A stretch of DNA of 62,895 nucleotides, filler included, from Choristocarpus tenellus KU-1152 (Eukaryota > Protista > Phaeophyceae), in NCBI GenBank assembly GCA_964200185.2. It is 10 parts of 10 records of this genome, joined end to end, with 100 filler letters (N's around TTAATTAATTAA, not from the genome) between each part and the next. Parts side by side here need not be neighbours in the genome. Positions count along the whole stretch, not along the records: positions 35,054 to 47,099 come from CAXNAD020002011.1; positions 47,200 to 50,978 come from CAXNAD020017972.1; 8 more parts are not named here. One strand, 5' to 3'. A program made the position numbers and the translations under genes. The first letter of the stretch is position 1; each line of letters starts with the position of its first letter. The notes beneath the pieces were generated by a model. The model saw only the letters and a program-made list of their open reading frames with translations. It did not search any database and was not told where the DNA came from. Positions 37,215 through 50,674 of this stretch are shown piece by piece.

Positions 37215-40200
37215 ATGTCCGGAGCGGTGCAATTCGTTTTGTTTAACGTCTTGGTATGCACCTCGTGGATCCACGTTAACACACAGGCAGCATCAGAGGG
37301 AACGTCTTTCATTGAAAGTCGAGGACTCAATGTCGCCCTTCACGCCCAGGTGGCCCCAACAGCGGGTTTTGTGGTAGGTTCAGCCGTCACTACAGCGGGA
37401 ATGCAGAAAGCGTTTCTCCAACATGGCAAGGAGGAGGAGCTTGAGAAGGATAGATTGGTTGCCCATGCTCAGATCTTCTTTCCTTTTCAGTACGACGGTC
37501 TCCACGACCGTAGTTGGCACATTGTGATTATTGAAGGCTGGTTCGAGATGATCAACGCTTTCATCCACGAGGTGATCCTACTTCAAGTTCCTCGACAAGC
37601 GGGATGATACAACATAACCTACATATTATCGTTCTACCTAGTATGACACGGCCAGAAGTCCGAGTCATTATGCGACCACGAGGGGCCCGTAGAGAAGTTG
37701 CCATTGCTCCTTCCTTGTATGGAGTCATCCCAAACACTGACCTTGAGAGCTACGGACGTCGGCCAATGGCATTTGTCCCACGTAGTTAAACTTTAGCATT
37801 CCTCAAACTACCCCTTATTCCATCCTCCTCCTTTCCTGTCCAATCCACAACCCCCTCTCAAGGTGCGGGCCTTGTCTCACCCTGTGCACACCAAAGTTCT
37901 CTTCTATTGCCTGGATCCGCAGCTCCCCGGTCTCCATCACCTCACCGCCCTAGATATTGACGGCTTCTTGACCAACAGTATGTCTACAAAGGCATTTCTA
38001 GCTGGCTATGCCCCCACAATCTATGTACCACTTGCTGTGGATCCTGAGGCGTTCCCCTTCTACCCGTCACGGCCTTGTTCTGAAGGGAATGGTGGGGATG
38101 CAAAGGCTGGCGCATGCAGAAAAGTGGTTTACGTTGGGGCAGCAGGGGCCTTGAAGCATAAGAGAATGCTTCGATGGATGCTACGTGAGGCTGCACCATA
38201 TGGATTGGATATTTATGGTTCTGGATGGGCTGGCGTCCATGAATTCTCAAGATTCTGGAAGGGCGTACTACCTGATGGGGAACTGGTAAGGACACAATCA
38301 AACACAATCCCACCATTTCTCTACGAGTGAAAGTATCTTAGAGGGTACGAGTTTTGCCCTGTTTGTCCATTTTGGGGCTTGGCTTCCATGTTTTTTTTTA
38401 TGACATATTCCTACTCCAAAATATTTCGAGTAGGTAAAATGTATATGCTATGGAAAGGTGTGTCCGGAACAAGGGTATTATCACTTCCTAACAAACACGA
38501 TAGCCAAAAACATATCAAATCGCAACATTGGATTTTGGCCCCCAAATGGACGCGGATCTACCCTCTAAGATATTTTGGCTCTTACCTCAGTGTGTATTCG
38601 CTACAAGGTAACCACAGTGTTTATGCCCTGAAGTCCATCAATGGTCAGTACCTCTCCAAACATAGATATCAAGGATACAACTTTCTTATTTGTCTGAAGT
38701 CGTTGCTAAACGGAATCCTCTCTCAAACAGGGTTTGGTGTATGGCAAAGCACTAGCAGTCCTAGGAGTTACCATGGATGACCAGCGAGAAAATGGTATGG
38801 TCAACAATCGTGTATTTGAGGCCCTTGCTGTAGGGGCACCTCTTATCTCTGATTGCTTTCCTGAGCTAGACGGACTTTTTTTTGACAATTTGATTTTCTG
38901 CGTGAAAGTCCCGGGAGATGTTGATACTCATATCAACCGTCTCATTAACGATGGAAGTGGAGATATGGCAGCCCTGGGTCGGCAGCAGCGGCGGGAGACC
39001 ATCGTAGAAGGGCACACATGGGCTCATAGGGTATCAGTCATTCTTCAGTTCATACATGACCTTCTTGCAGAACCTGGTGAAGAAGGTCAATGCTGGAGAA
39101 CAGGATGCCTAAACCTTGCGCTTGTGGCTGACCCTGGCCTGAAGGATGGATTGACACTTGGCTCAACCTTCTCTCCTGCAGTTGCGCGCCGTCTTGAGGC
39201 AATGTATCGGATATATTGGTTGCAAGCAGAAGACGTGCATAACACAAGGAGCAACAGCGTGAGTGAACATGAACACATCCGCAGCAACGAGCGAGACAAA
39301 TTGGTGACAGAGGAACTTGCTCACAGGCATGGCACTGAATTCCTGTCAAGGGACATCCCAAGAAAGGTTGTTGAAGATCAGCAACCTCAGGGGGAATCTC
39401 AGGCCCTTGGTTATCTCTGGGGGTATGACATGGTGTGGGCAGTAGGACGCTGGGGGGGACCAGCTGATCTAGCCGTACGGAAGGATCTTGGAGCCACAGG
39501 TGGCATGCGGGTACATTCAACTAGGTTGATGGTGCAATTGCGAGGGCTGGTGCTTTGGGGGGAGGCCCCTTCGGTGTTGGTAGATTCTGGTGATGGTCTC
39601 AATCGTGAAGAGTACAACCATGGACATTTCTGGACTAAGACCAGCAGTAGTGAAGAGCTATCATGGTATGATGTGGTATACTACCAGACGGAATGGGATC
39701 GGACACGCCTCACTGAGTTTGTCAAAGGTCGACCTTTGAACAATCTCCAGCATGCCTGGGGAATAGGGTCAGCAGTCCCAACCCAATTAGTGGGGGTTGG
39801 AAACTCTTCAGACAGAAGATTGGGACGACAAGAAAGTGAACTTGACATGTTAGTGATAGGGACAGACTCTCAGATACCAGACATGCTTCAGCAGCTTAGG
39901 GAACCAGACTTGCTCCGATTTTCTCTTGGAGTTATTGTGACCCCAAGTAGTCTCCCGTTGACCATTCGCCCAGGTATTGCCTCTGTGCTAGCTGCATCAG
40001 GCATATCAACAGATACAAACACTGCCTTGAATTTTACCCTCCCTCTACGGCTCAGCCTGACAGTAGCTGAGGCCGGGGAGGCCCCCACATTCAAGCCACT
40101 TCTGGTTGAAGTACTCTTGATAAGGATGGCCGAAGATGCTGAGGAACTAGCATCTGCAGCAAAGGTGGCTTCCAAGGTGTTAGTTATGGCTGATGGGGAT

Positions 40201-40986
40201 GAGGGTGTGTGGGCTACGTTGTTGGCCATCACATCTGCAAGAGATTTCAAAACGGTCCAGGTATCTGATATCGGAAGTGACCGTGCAAAGGCATTGGCAA
40301 AGTTTTCACCATATGGGTGGGATGTAGACTTCTATGCTCGGCAACTTGTAGCTGGTATGACACGAGCACTGTGTCTCGGACGAGGAAATAGTAAATTGAC
40401 TGTTGTGAGGCCATCAACCAACGGCACTGTAGTGCAAGTACCAGAGGTCATTGCATTTGAAGTAGCAATTGAGGACTTCCGAGTGGGTAGGGATGGGGAA
40501 TGGTGCCTTTTGGCTGGTGAGGAGCTGCTCATCTGCGTTTGGCGTCACCAATTGACTATCATGCTTCATTTCGTGTCTTCCATGGGAAGCAATGAGTGGG
40601 CTTCAGGTACGGCACAGGCAAGAGTGGAGAGAAACACTCTGAGAAATAGGACCACAACAAGTGTTGGTAAACAGGCTAGTGGGGAACTTGGTGAGCACAA
40701 TGAGCTACCTATAGACGCGTACTTGCAGATTGTTCTGAGGGCAGAGCTCCGGAGCAATATGTACCAGAACATATTGTATCGTTCTCAAGACATACCCTTG
40801 CTGATATGCCCACGAGAGGTAGAAAAGGTCAAAGAAAACCATTTGAACCAATCTGCTCTAATTGCCACACAAACTGAAGAGATCAGTAAAGAAAGAGAGA
40901 ACAGGGGAGCTGGAGCATTTACTGTTTCAGTTGACATAAATAATTACTTCCAAGTGGAAAGGATTATCTTCAATAATCAGAAATGA
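37215..40986 (+). CDS. Secreted/lumenal glycosyltransferase, CgeB / Glyco_trans_1_2-like GT-B domain plus long C-terminal extension (~1011 aa)
   Basis: Exons 37215-37571, 37863-38285 and 38731-40986 (both introns phase 0) total 3036 nt. N-terminal hydrophobic signal; motifs VPLAVDP..F.P, VVYVG, LDIYGSGW, VYGKA..VLG, NNRVFEALAVGAPLISD and HTWAHRV. Confidence 0.88.
38325..38581 (+). mobile_element. MITE family A in glycosyltransferase intron 2
   Basis: GAGTGAAAGTATCTTAGAGGGTA...TACCCTCTAAGATATTTTGGCTC; no clean TSD. Confidence 0.9.
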
Positions 40987-42303
40987 ATACTGACTACATT
41001 CTTTTGGTAGACTCCAAGGTGCACAAGCAGCAATAACTACTTCAAGTACTGTACAGAGTATTGCACAAATCCCCTCATTATCATTAACTTTGAGGTGTGG
41101 TACATACGTTGTGTACTCTAGTGTGCATCGGGCATTACTTTAATCCATCCTACCATGAGCTTCATAACCTTCCTGGGGTCATAACTGTTTACTTACGTGC
41201 CTAATCAGCATGGCCCAGTAAATTAAAGAAGGATATTATGGCAGAAGGAGCGATAGTGCTCGTAGTTTCTACAGAACCCAATTACTATCAAAGACCCAAG
41301 GGACAGAGATACACAGGTAGTTATCTCCCCGTATCATGGATCCTACTCTCTGCACCTGACAAAGTTGGGTATAGCAAGGGCCATCCTGAGAGGAATAATG
41401 AGCACTCCTCTACTAGTGTATACCTCCATTTGAAGGTCTGTGATTCGAGCTCTCTCCTACTCAAGAACAAGCAAAATTACCAACCAGACAAATGTAGGAA
41501 AGTTAATGTTGACTACAGAGATGAAACTCAATTTCAACTGCTGTGCAATAGGCAGAGATCTTACATTGGTGGTATACAGTTAGTGCACCCTCCCAATACA
41601 CCCTCTACAAAGGCTAGCACTCGTTTATAGTCCATTTGATTGAGTGAAGTCAAGTTCTAGGGGTAGAAAAAAAAGGATGAAGAATAGCATAGCACCAATA
41701 GGAGCCTTATTCATCACATAAAGTTGAGCCAGTAAGATGTGATCACAGCGCCACCTCCTGGAGAACAAGATCGTTCTCCTGACAAGGCCATCACTGGTGG
41801 TGGTCCTTGCTTTTTCGGAGGACGAAGCTAGCAAGCGCCACTAGCAGACAGGAGGCCACCAGAAGGAATATTCTGATGTGATCAGAGTGCACAGTAGCCA
41901 CAAATAATTTGTTGTCAGCTTTGTTTGTGCTGCTACAACAGCATCATTCTATGATTACTTCAAATCAATTGTGCCTATGTTAAACACGATTCAAAACAAC
42001 AGTGACAATATGTACAACCCAAAAAAATCGTATCATCCCCCAATGAAATAGTGTTGGGGATGGTCGCCTGTCTACAACACAACGTCATCCCTCCGTTATA
42101 CATGTAACTTTTTTAGCAAGTGTACACATTATCACGATTGTTCTAAAAACTTGTCTTTGAGAAGTGTTAGCAAACGTACCAATCCGTCACACTTGCTGGA
42201 ATGATAGGGTTTAGAGTATCTAGTTGGATACCGTCTGATATATAGTGTGACGTCTACTTAGTCAGGTAAGGGAGAACGGAAGTAGGCAAAAAACTTTGAC
42301 AGA

Positions 42304-43014
42304 GTGTTTTGCCCGAATCAAAGCCAACCTCAAGTTATTGACGCCCCAACCAAGGGGTCCCAGGGTGGCGAAAAACAACAGCAAGAGATTAGGGTCACCT
42401 CAGAGCCACGGGTAGATGTGGGGACGCCGCAAAACAAGAGGGGGAGGCCGAGGAAAGACAAGGCAAGGGTCTGGACGACTGCAGCAAGGAAGAAAAGAGT
42501 TTTTCGATGGAAATCTAAGTCCCCCACCGAGATATTACTGACACTGAGTCAGCAGAATTGTGATGGGACATGATTTTGGACATCGCCTTATCTGCCCAAG
42601 TTTTAGCCGATAGAGTTATTTGGCAGCATAGGAAGCAGTGCATTAGCTTTCAGCATGCAAAGGGGAGAACGATAGCCCAACTGGGAGATCAGATATGGGT
42701 GGGGTGGTATGATGATCCTAACTGGGATTGGATTGAGGGTGGATGGAAACCAGCAGACTGTGGCAGACTGATTGCCCATGCCCAGAGGGAGATGACAAAA
42801 TATATCAAGACAGAGGAAAATACATTGGAGGGAGAGATTATCAACCTGATGAATGTTCTACATGATGAGCTGAATTATTCAAACTACTTCGCAAGACCAA
42901 TGGATGATGTTTAGGGGGAGTAGATGAGAAGATTTTGCAGGAGGTTTATGATGTGCAACTCATGGTAGAAGATGGTCACGATGAAAGCGTCGAAGCTGAT
43001 GATCTGAGTTTGTA
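42304..43014 (+). pseudogene. Intronless, frameshifted coding remnant with AT-hook-like motif and acidic tail
   Basis: ORF 42304-42573 (KRGRPRKDK) overlaps ORF 42570-42914 at ATGA; after another break it reads DEKILQEVYDVQLMVEDGHDESVEADDLSL-stop. Confidence 0.45.
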
Positions 43015-43983
43015 ATTTAATAATTAATATTGAAAGATAACTTAGCGACACTTGGAGTATTAATCAAAGTACACTCAGAGTGCTCCAAGCAATGTTAATA
43101 TTAAAATGTTCTGCACTGCCAACCAAAACGATTTGAGCCACCAAAAACATATCCTATGAATCCTTTGTATATCAGCATTCCAACGACATAGGTTTCATAT
43201 CATGAACAGGTAAAAACAATCTTGCAAATACGAAAACTACAAAAATACCCCAAGGACAGAATCAACCCCCTTCTACAGATAATGCACCCTATTGCACCCT
43301 GTATCGTGAATCTAAGGTGTTACTATGGCTTAATCTATGCATTAGTGCGTCAGCTTTCATTCCACATATATATACATCATGGGATGATTCGACTTGTAGC
43401 AGATTTTACAGCGGTTTGAATGCCTCAGGCTACTTGTTGGGGCTGAATTATTTGATCCAAATTTGGTCTAAAACAGAACACATCTCGAGTTCGACATGAG
43501 GTTAGGACCTAAAACCAACTGCAATAGATCCGATTTACCCCCTACGATTCCAACAACATATTTTGTTTGTTGCCTACATATAACTCGAAATATTACAGAA
43601 GATCAGTCAAAATACTGAATACTACTTTCTTTCGTAATACTATTTTGGTATACTCTGTTGATGTGTGTCAAATTCAATCGAAGGTGGTTTTGTTGAAACT
43701 GCTTTATTATTGGGTGATCGTGTCCTTTTGTCCTTTTGCGTGTTGTGTGTGTACTACATTGTGTGAGCCATTGAAAATATACAATCTTCGGAATGAATCA
43801 GCACGGATGGGATTCGTGGGAGAGGGAAATTGAGGCAGCTTTGCAGGTTTACAGCGTAAGGGTGGGTGATTTTGCGTATACTATTCTCTACACTTTTTTT
43901 CCCTTCTCCTCTCTTCGTACTTGGAACTTGACCCATCAGAATCTCAGACCTCAACACCTGCTCATAGTGCAACAAGTTGACTA

Positions 43984-46523
43984 ATGAGCAATTCCACGAT
44001 AACAACGCCCCTCGACCTCCTGGCAATGCTTGCAAAGTACACTACTATCCTCCAACTATCTACATAGACAAGACGTTGGATATGTGTCATGGAAGCAACA
44101 AGAATTAGAGGTTATTTTGGGATCCAAACACCATTTTAATATCATGTAGCATTCGTACCAAAACTCTTATTGAAAAGGCTACTGATCCAAAGGGCTCAAC
44201 ATCACGTCTTGAGGGTCGAAACCTAGGAACTGGAAGAAAACGCAGCATACCAAGACCTCGTAGTGCTCAACCTGTACTCATTCCAAGTCTTAGTGGAGCA
44301 TTGACAGTAGACCGGCCAGGAACAACAAAGACATGGGCGGCGAGCAGCGACTGTAAAAGAACACGTCCTGCCAGTGCCAAGCTTCATCGACGAGGAGTTG
44401 ATATGATCTTCGGCCACTCGGAGTGCCAAGGGTCAGGAACACCAGAGAAGGTCCCCACCACCCCTTTCCTTGGACAAGGGGACACATCAATCTCACCTGG
44501 TGCCTACAATCATAATGTGACTAACACTGATCGAACCACCATTGGCACTAGGCAGTGTTCTCAGCATGCTCGTGCTGCAAATCGGAGACAGCAAAATGTG
44601 AAGGAACTGAACCTGCAAGACAGGGCATTGGCAAAGAAAATACAGCAATTGCGCACTGCAGAGAGAGGCAAAACACACGCTGGGAACAATGAGGTCTCCA
44701 AACGGTTCGTGGATAGCACTGTTACCATGCCCTTCACGCCGTCTATGTGCTTGTGACCCTTGTAATTGACTTGAGATTACTTCTGCGCAATGACTAGGTT
44801 TCTTCGGGAACACGCCAAGAAATTGCACAACGAAGAAAAGAAGTTTCGCTGTGCACTGGAGGCGGAGACAAGGGCGTTTGAAGAAAAGTCAGTACTCTTT
44901 TTGGCAACATCTGTTTCAAGAATGCTGAGATCTCCGCTATGATAGAGGGAGTTTGCATTGGAGTCTCTGACCGAGTGCCCTTATCCCAGTCACTCATATT
45001 TCCGAGTTTCAACATGGAGCCTTGCTCCCTTCAACCTGAGTTGTGTGGGGTGGAAGTAGTGTGGTTCTCAGTGGGTGTGGGCCCAGGAATACACTTGGCC
45101 CCCTCGCTCCTTTGGCGGATTCTCATTGTTTTCGTGGATGAACCGCAGACAAATAGAATGGAGGGAGGGGCGCCTCCATATTTCTGGGTATTCTTACTTG
45201 TTCACACACTTTCTTGTCTACAAATCACTCAAAATTGGAGTTGAGTAGCTACAAGGCAGAGCCAAGAAAACCTAGGCTTTGATTCCAACAGATGAAATGA
45301 ATTTTTCTCTTCTACGTTTTTCAACAGCCAGGGTGTTGAAGGGTTTTTCAAATTTGTTTGTTTGTTTTCTAGTTATGCAATGCAATTCTGGTGCCCAAAG
45401 TCCAGGAATCGTTTTCTCCACTGGACACACTCACCATCTTTTCTACTCACAATTATTACCCTTTATGGCACATTTCATGCCAATAACAAAAAAGTAATAT
45501 AAAGTGCATCGAGAGTGCTACCAAGTGGGCTAGAGATCTTGGAACTGGAGCGATGTACATTCCGCATCATGTCAATGGAAAACTGCATGTGCTTGTTGTC
45601 AAATGTGGTGAAGACATTTCGGATAAAGGGACCAAGAGAGTTCTGTCAATGGATTTCTTCATGAAAAAGCACCATGCTAGGTATGTTAGTCTGAGAGTTG
45701 GAAGGAGTATCATGACAAAGCCTGTAAAGGGGAGGAGTATATAGGTTTGCGTCAAGCAAAATATCCTCATCCCCTTCATCAAGTATCCGAAGTACGATGT
45801 AATCCCCCCCTGGGTGACCATTTCTTGGAAGTTTAAATTGATAGATTGCCTACAGAATGCCTGGAAATATGTAAAGAACTAACAATGGAATCCCAGCTCT
45901 AGCTTTATTTAAGCTGGTCTATATGAAGGGAGGGAAGAGCAGGGATAGACCCACAGGCATGTTGCATTCTAGGATTATCTATCTGTTGAAAAAGGATTTT
46001 TGAACCAATAACCTTAACCTTCCCTGGCCTGAACCAGCCTTCAACAGGACATCAACTGCAAAAAATTAATCAGCACTGCCAACACTGCATCAAATAATGC
46101 TCTTTTGACAAGAACGGGAAAGGGGCACAACTCGGCTACAGTTTTGAAGGTGAAGAAACTGAAACAGAGTTAAAGCAATGCCAACAGGTAGTTGGTGGAT
46201 TCACACCCATAACGCCTGGAATATTCGGAAATGATGAGGGCATCATTGTGCTTAACCTGAGTGGGATTTGTGACGACTATTCAGATGTATTTCAGGTGAC
46301 CGACTCCTTGCTGGTTCAGACTCAGAGATTAATCCCACATCCCCTCGTCTCTTTCCTCCTTCTGACACAACACCAGTCTTTCAGAACGGAAAATACTTTA
46401 TCGAAGGCTCAGCGTGAAATCCAGCAGCTTCTCCATGAGACAGATAAGCTTATCAATGTCCTCACAGTACAAGCGGAGGAGCTGGAAAGGCAAGGCTGGA
46501 ACAGAGCTTCGCCTACCCATTAG
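43984..46523 (+). CDS. Hypothetical coiled-coil protein
   Basis: Exon 44150-44704 (open, TAG acceptor, ...AANRRQQNVKELNLQDRALAKKIQQL...VSKR) joins in phase 2 to terminal exon 46385-46523 (TENTLSKAQREIQQLLHETDKLINVL...stop). Putative first exon 43984-44036 is weak. Confidence 0.55.
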
Positions 46524-46853
46524 TTGACTTGATGCCGATGACAGATGAAAAGAGCAATAGTCAGAAGTAGTTTTTAGCTTGGTTGTATAGACCGAACTGC
46601 ACACTATCCTTGCCCATGTTTTTTTTTTACTTCTGCGCTTCATCACCTGTACCGAGACATAAAATTGTTCAATTCCCCTGAACGCTGGAGTACACACATG
46701 ACTTGCAAGTGACGTACGGGTGGTATCATTACCGTACTCAATGTCACACATCAATAACTCTGTTTTCTGAAGTTAGATTTTACGTCCGACCTATTACATC
46801 TCATCTCTTTGGGCTCCTCACACTGGTTCAAGCATTCGATCACTGAAGCCTTG

Positions 46854-47026
46854 TGGCTCAAAGTATCTAGAGGGGGGTGGTGGCTGTCCATTTGGGTTCA
46901 ATTTTTTCATGTTGCGATTCTTGGGTGATTTAGTTGCATACGTTGGATGGATAATGTAAATACACTTCTCCTGATTTTGGTCCAAATGGACGCCCTGGTG
47001 TAGACCCCCCCCCCCCCCCCCCCCGC
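46854..47026 (+). mobile_element. MITE family B, right end lost in poly-C near the gap
   Basis: GGCTCAAAGTATCTAGAGGGGGGTGGTGGCTGTCCATTTGGG...CCAAATGGACGCCCTGGTGTAGA(C)n; colinear with 24914-25110. Confidence 0.85.
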
Positions 47027-47799
47027 CTCTCGGTTTTGGTTTTATGTCTTTTTTGTTGTGTGGGTTTGTGGGGGCAAAACAAGATATATTTATTTTTATN
47101 NNNNNNNNNNNNNNNNNNNNNNNNNNNNNNNNNNNNNNNNNNNTTAATTAATTAANNNNNNNNNNNNNNNNNNNNNNNNNNNNNNNNNNNNNNNNNNNNA
47201 AAAATATTCCCTTCCAAAAAAAGGGGAAATTTGGGTTGGGAAAAAAAAAAAAAGGAAATACAAAAAAAGGCCCCAAAAGGGGGGGGGGGGGGGGGGGGGG
47301 GGGGGGGTGAGGCTCAGTGGGGGAGTCATTTTCTGGTTGAGGAGCTGCAGCCTAGACATCTATGAGACGCCGAGCCAACAGGATGCATCAAAATGGCAAT
47401 GCCCCCTCCACACTCGACCTTGGAACCACTCCACTTGAGGGATTTTCATATAAACAAACACAAAGGGGAGTATGGTTACCACCGATTGCCTTGTGTCACC
47501 TAAATGAGTTCACACGTACACAGTACTTATACCACTAGTAGTGGTAGGAAACGTCAGAAGATATGTCATAGACCCATGCAGACATAGAGGCAATGACCAG
47601 TAAGCCATACACCGACTCCAAGTCCCCACCCACAAGCTCAAATAGTCGCGGTGGAAGGCTTGGTTGACAAAATTCTACAAACTGTAGATGCACCTGTCCT
47701 CCATGGCAGTTAAACTGCCATTAAAGTACCCCAGTAATCTGCTTTAGGCTGTTCACATTTGACCAAGACCATCACCATAGAAAACTGATCATAAATCAC

Positions 47800-50674
47800 C
47801 TGGCTACACCTGCATTGTTAATGACAGCATGAAGTTGTCCTCCATTGACAGAGCTGACTTTGGCTGCGATATTTGCCACATCCTGAGATACACAACATCA
47901 AACACATCCACAAGTTTGGTGAGCACAGAGAAGAACTGTTCCATTAATGCACATAAGAGGTTGACAGGTCTAACAAACATATAGTGCCACAACAAGAATC
48001 ACCCAACCCAATTGCTTAATATCCTCTTAACCATGTCTCAATGACAGTTTTGAGTCCTTGCAATGCCTTAGAAGAATCCACAATATTCAACACTTAAAGG
48101 TGAAGGTATTTCAGGTCGCTAGGGACTTTCATCGGAGACAAATGACACAAAATGGTCCACAGTATCTCAACACAGACTTTGGGCAAGTAAGAAGGGACAG
48201 GTGCACAGGAATGTTTCCACAGATATATTCAATCTCACAATGATATGCTTGCATCAGAAGACTTTAGGGTGCTCACAAACTCTCAAAAGATGTTCCCTGA
48301 GGAGAATAGACCAGGAATTTCGCATACTCATATCAGCCTGACACATTCTTTTATTTTAGGAACCACCCTAACCCTTGACGTGACAAGACAGGTGTTTGAC
48401 CAAAGAAGAAATACAGTGAAAGCCACAACTCATGCTAGGTCCAACCAAGGCCATAGTGTGATGCCGTGATTTGTGTTGCAGTGCAGGTAAGACGAAGTTA
48501 GGAAGACAAATGGAAAAATAACCCTTAAAGCACATAAAAGGCAACCTTCTACCTGTTTCCTTTTCTATTACATCTGAGGTAACAAAATAGTGGATGTCTG
48601 AGACAAGCGAACAAATAAAGAAGCCAGCAGGCAAAAGGGTCTACAGCAGCATCAACCTTTCAGCAAAAAACTGTCCTACCAAAAGCAACGGTGGAAATGT
48701 GCTAAATAAAGAAAATAGAGCTGAAGCTTTGTAAAATATCTCTTACTACACTGGTGGTACAACAAATGGAATGATGTGCCTTCACACAAAGGTGGATTCC
48801 ACCACCCACAAAGGGTATCACAACCTGGTGACCTGTGATCTGACAAAAAAAGAAAGTCATCACCAGCACGGGAGCACTCAAACTCATTTGTCTGAACTAC
48901 TTCTAGATGCCACACAACCACTAGGACGAAATGGTTCAAATTGAGCCAATGAAACAGTGGGTGCAATAACAAAGTGCAATTAATTTACCACTGTTAGCAT
49001 AGACTATGGTTAAGCTCCAAGGGTCAAAAAAACAAAAAATTGAACAGCAAGGTAGTGCAACTCTGTTCAGGTATAATGAACAATGCACAACAAACTGGTA
49101 ACAGTAGTAGTAGTAGTGATAGTAGTAGCAGTATATGTATGTATGCTTGCAATCTTCTGGATATAGGCTAACTCAATAAAACACAATAGTATTCATATAT
49201 CACAACTCCCGGGGGGTCTCATAGCTCATAGTATCCTAGTGTGAGGGTCAAGCGTCCATTTGGGACCTTTGGGATCTATCTTGTGGTGATTTTCATGATA
49301 TTTGAGTGAAAGTGTAAGATGTAAGAGCAATTTCCTTCATCTGGATACACCCTCCTTTTCCATGTCCCTGCCTGGACCAAATCCGAACGAAAATCGTCAG
49401 CAAAACAGGCACAAACTGGAATGTACTGCAACTCCCGATCAAGCTCTGAATGGACAACCTGGGCTAAACCCCACCCACCCTCTAGGATATTATGGGCCTC
49501 ATAGAGCAGAAGGGGTGGAAGAGGTAAATGATCAAGTTTCATACACAATAGGACATAGCCAGGGCCAGGTTGCGAGACATGAACCCTACCTCTCACTTTG
49601 TAGGGGGACTCGAGGGAAAGAGGGAGAAAGATCAGGAGGAAATTAAAAAATATATAGAGATCAGACGATTCGAAATAGAGCATATGAAATACAGGTTACA
49701 CTAAGAACAATGATAAAGTGAAACTCGATTCCTACATGTATCAGATTCATACTGGAGACTGGAGGATCAGAACTGCTGAGCAACAATGAATGCGAATGGC
49801 TCTGCAGGGTATCTTGGTGGGGTATTTGGGGTTCCTCACGACAAACTTCGGAAGTCTCTAGTGGCGTGGTCCTGGCACAAGTCTTCGCATGTCCTTACAA
49901 AACAGACTCGGGGGAGTGTGGCATGGGTCTTGTCGAAATCTCAAACGATGGTAAGACATTCGCCAGTATGTGAATATGCCAGCTGGATATCTCAAAGGAT
50001 ACATTTGACCCACCCACTTGATCAGCAAACAGACCAACACTAAGAAAACGTGCTATATCATTAATGTCGAACCTCTTCCCTGGTGACATCGCACTTGATG
50101 CCGATGACACCAGGGCATTCCCGTTCAAGATCCTCGGCTCCCTTCGTCGTAAGGCAACCTGCCACGACCTTATAACCTTTGGCATGTAGGGTCTTCGCAG
50201 CCAAGTTTCCAATCCTGGACCATAATAAAGGTATCAGGTCGAGACAGAATTAACACCATGACGGAGGAGTCTAGGCTCTCACTATCTTTGATCTGTCTTT
50301 ATCAGGAAATATATCGGCGCTACAACCACAGAGGTCGCAGCAATACATCATGCCCATGCATGTGACTGAATCACCTTTTACTCAATGTATGTTCGTGTTG
50401 CATCTGTGAAGCAATCTTACCCTGAGTCACACCCTGAAATCAGGATCACCCTTCCATCTCCCTTTGCATTACTCCCATCGTCGCTGCTTCCAGAAAAGAG
50501 GACACCAAGTCCAACAGCTAAGGGCAATGCACAGATAAGGTGAGCAAGAAAAGTCCCCAACGTTTTGCCAGCCCAAGTGACAACAAGATGTTCTACGGTC
50601 TCCACGACCTGCGAACTGAGCAACAGCCACACAAACAGGAAGACAACCACGACTTTGACAGAGGTAGTTAACAT
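47800..50674 (-). CDS. Membrane-anchored short-chain dehydrogenase/reductase (retinol/hydroxysteroid dehydrogenase-like), 3' truncated
   Basis: Exons 50674-50421 (two hydrophobic segments, VILISGCDSG), 50214-50073 (IGNLAAKTLHAKGYKVVAGCL...IKCDVTREE) and 47882-47800 (DVANIAAKV...LHAVINNAGVA) give the SDR GxxxGxG, D-V-T and NNAG motifs. Confidence 0.9.

Noticed and set aside
38379-38780. Similar short ORFs at 180-404, 38379-38780, 60897-61230 and 62059-62492 as a small gene family
   Set aside because: They are chance frames through MITE family A copies; frames and stops are not conserved.
39050-40772. Antisense ORFs over the glycosyltransferase, RRM and CRC exons
   Set aside because: Shadow frames of genuine coding exons, with no independent motifs.
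5545-47099. Carbohydrate gene cluster (GH16, beta-helix protein, glycosyltransferase)
   Set aside because: The genes lie on different contigs separated by artificial spacers, so linkage is unsupported.
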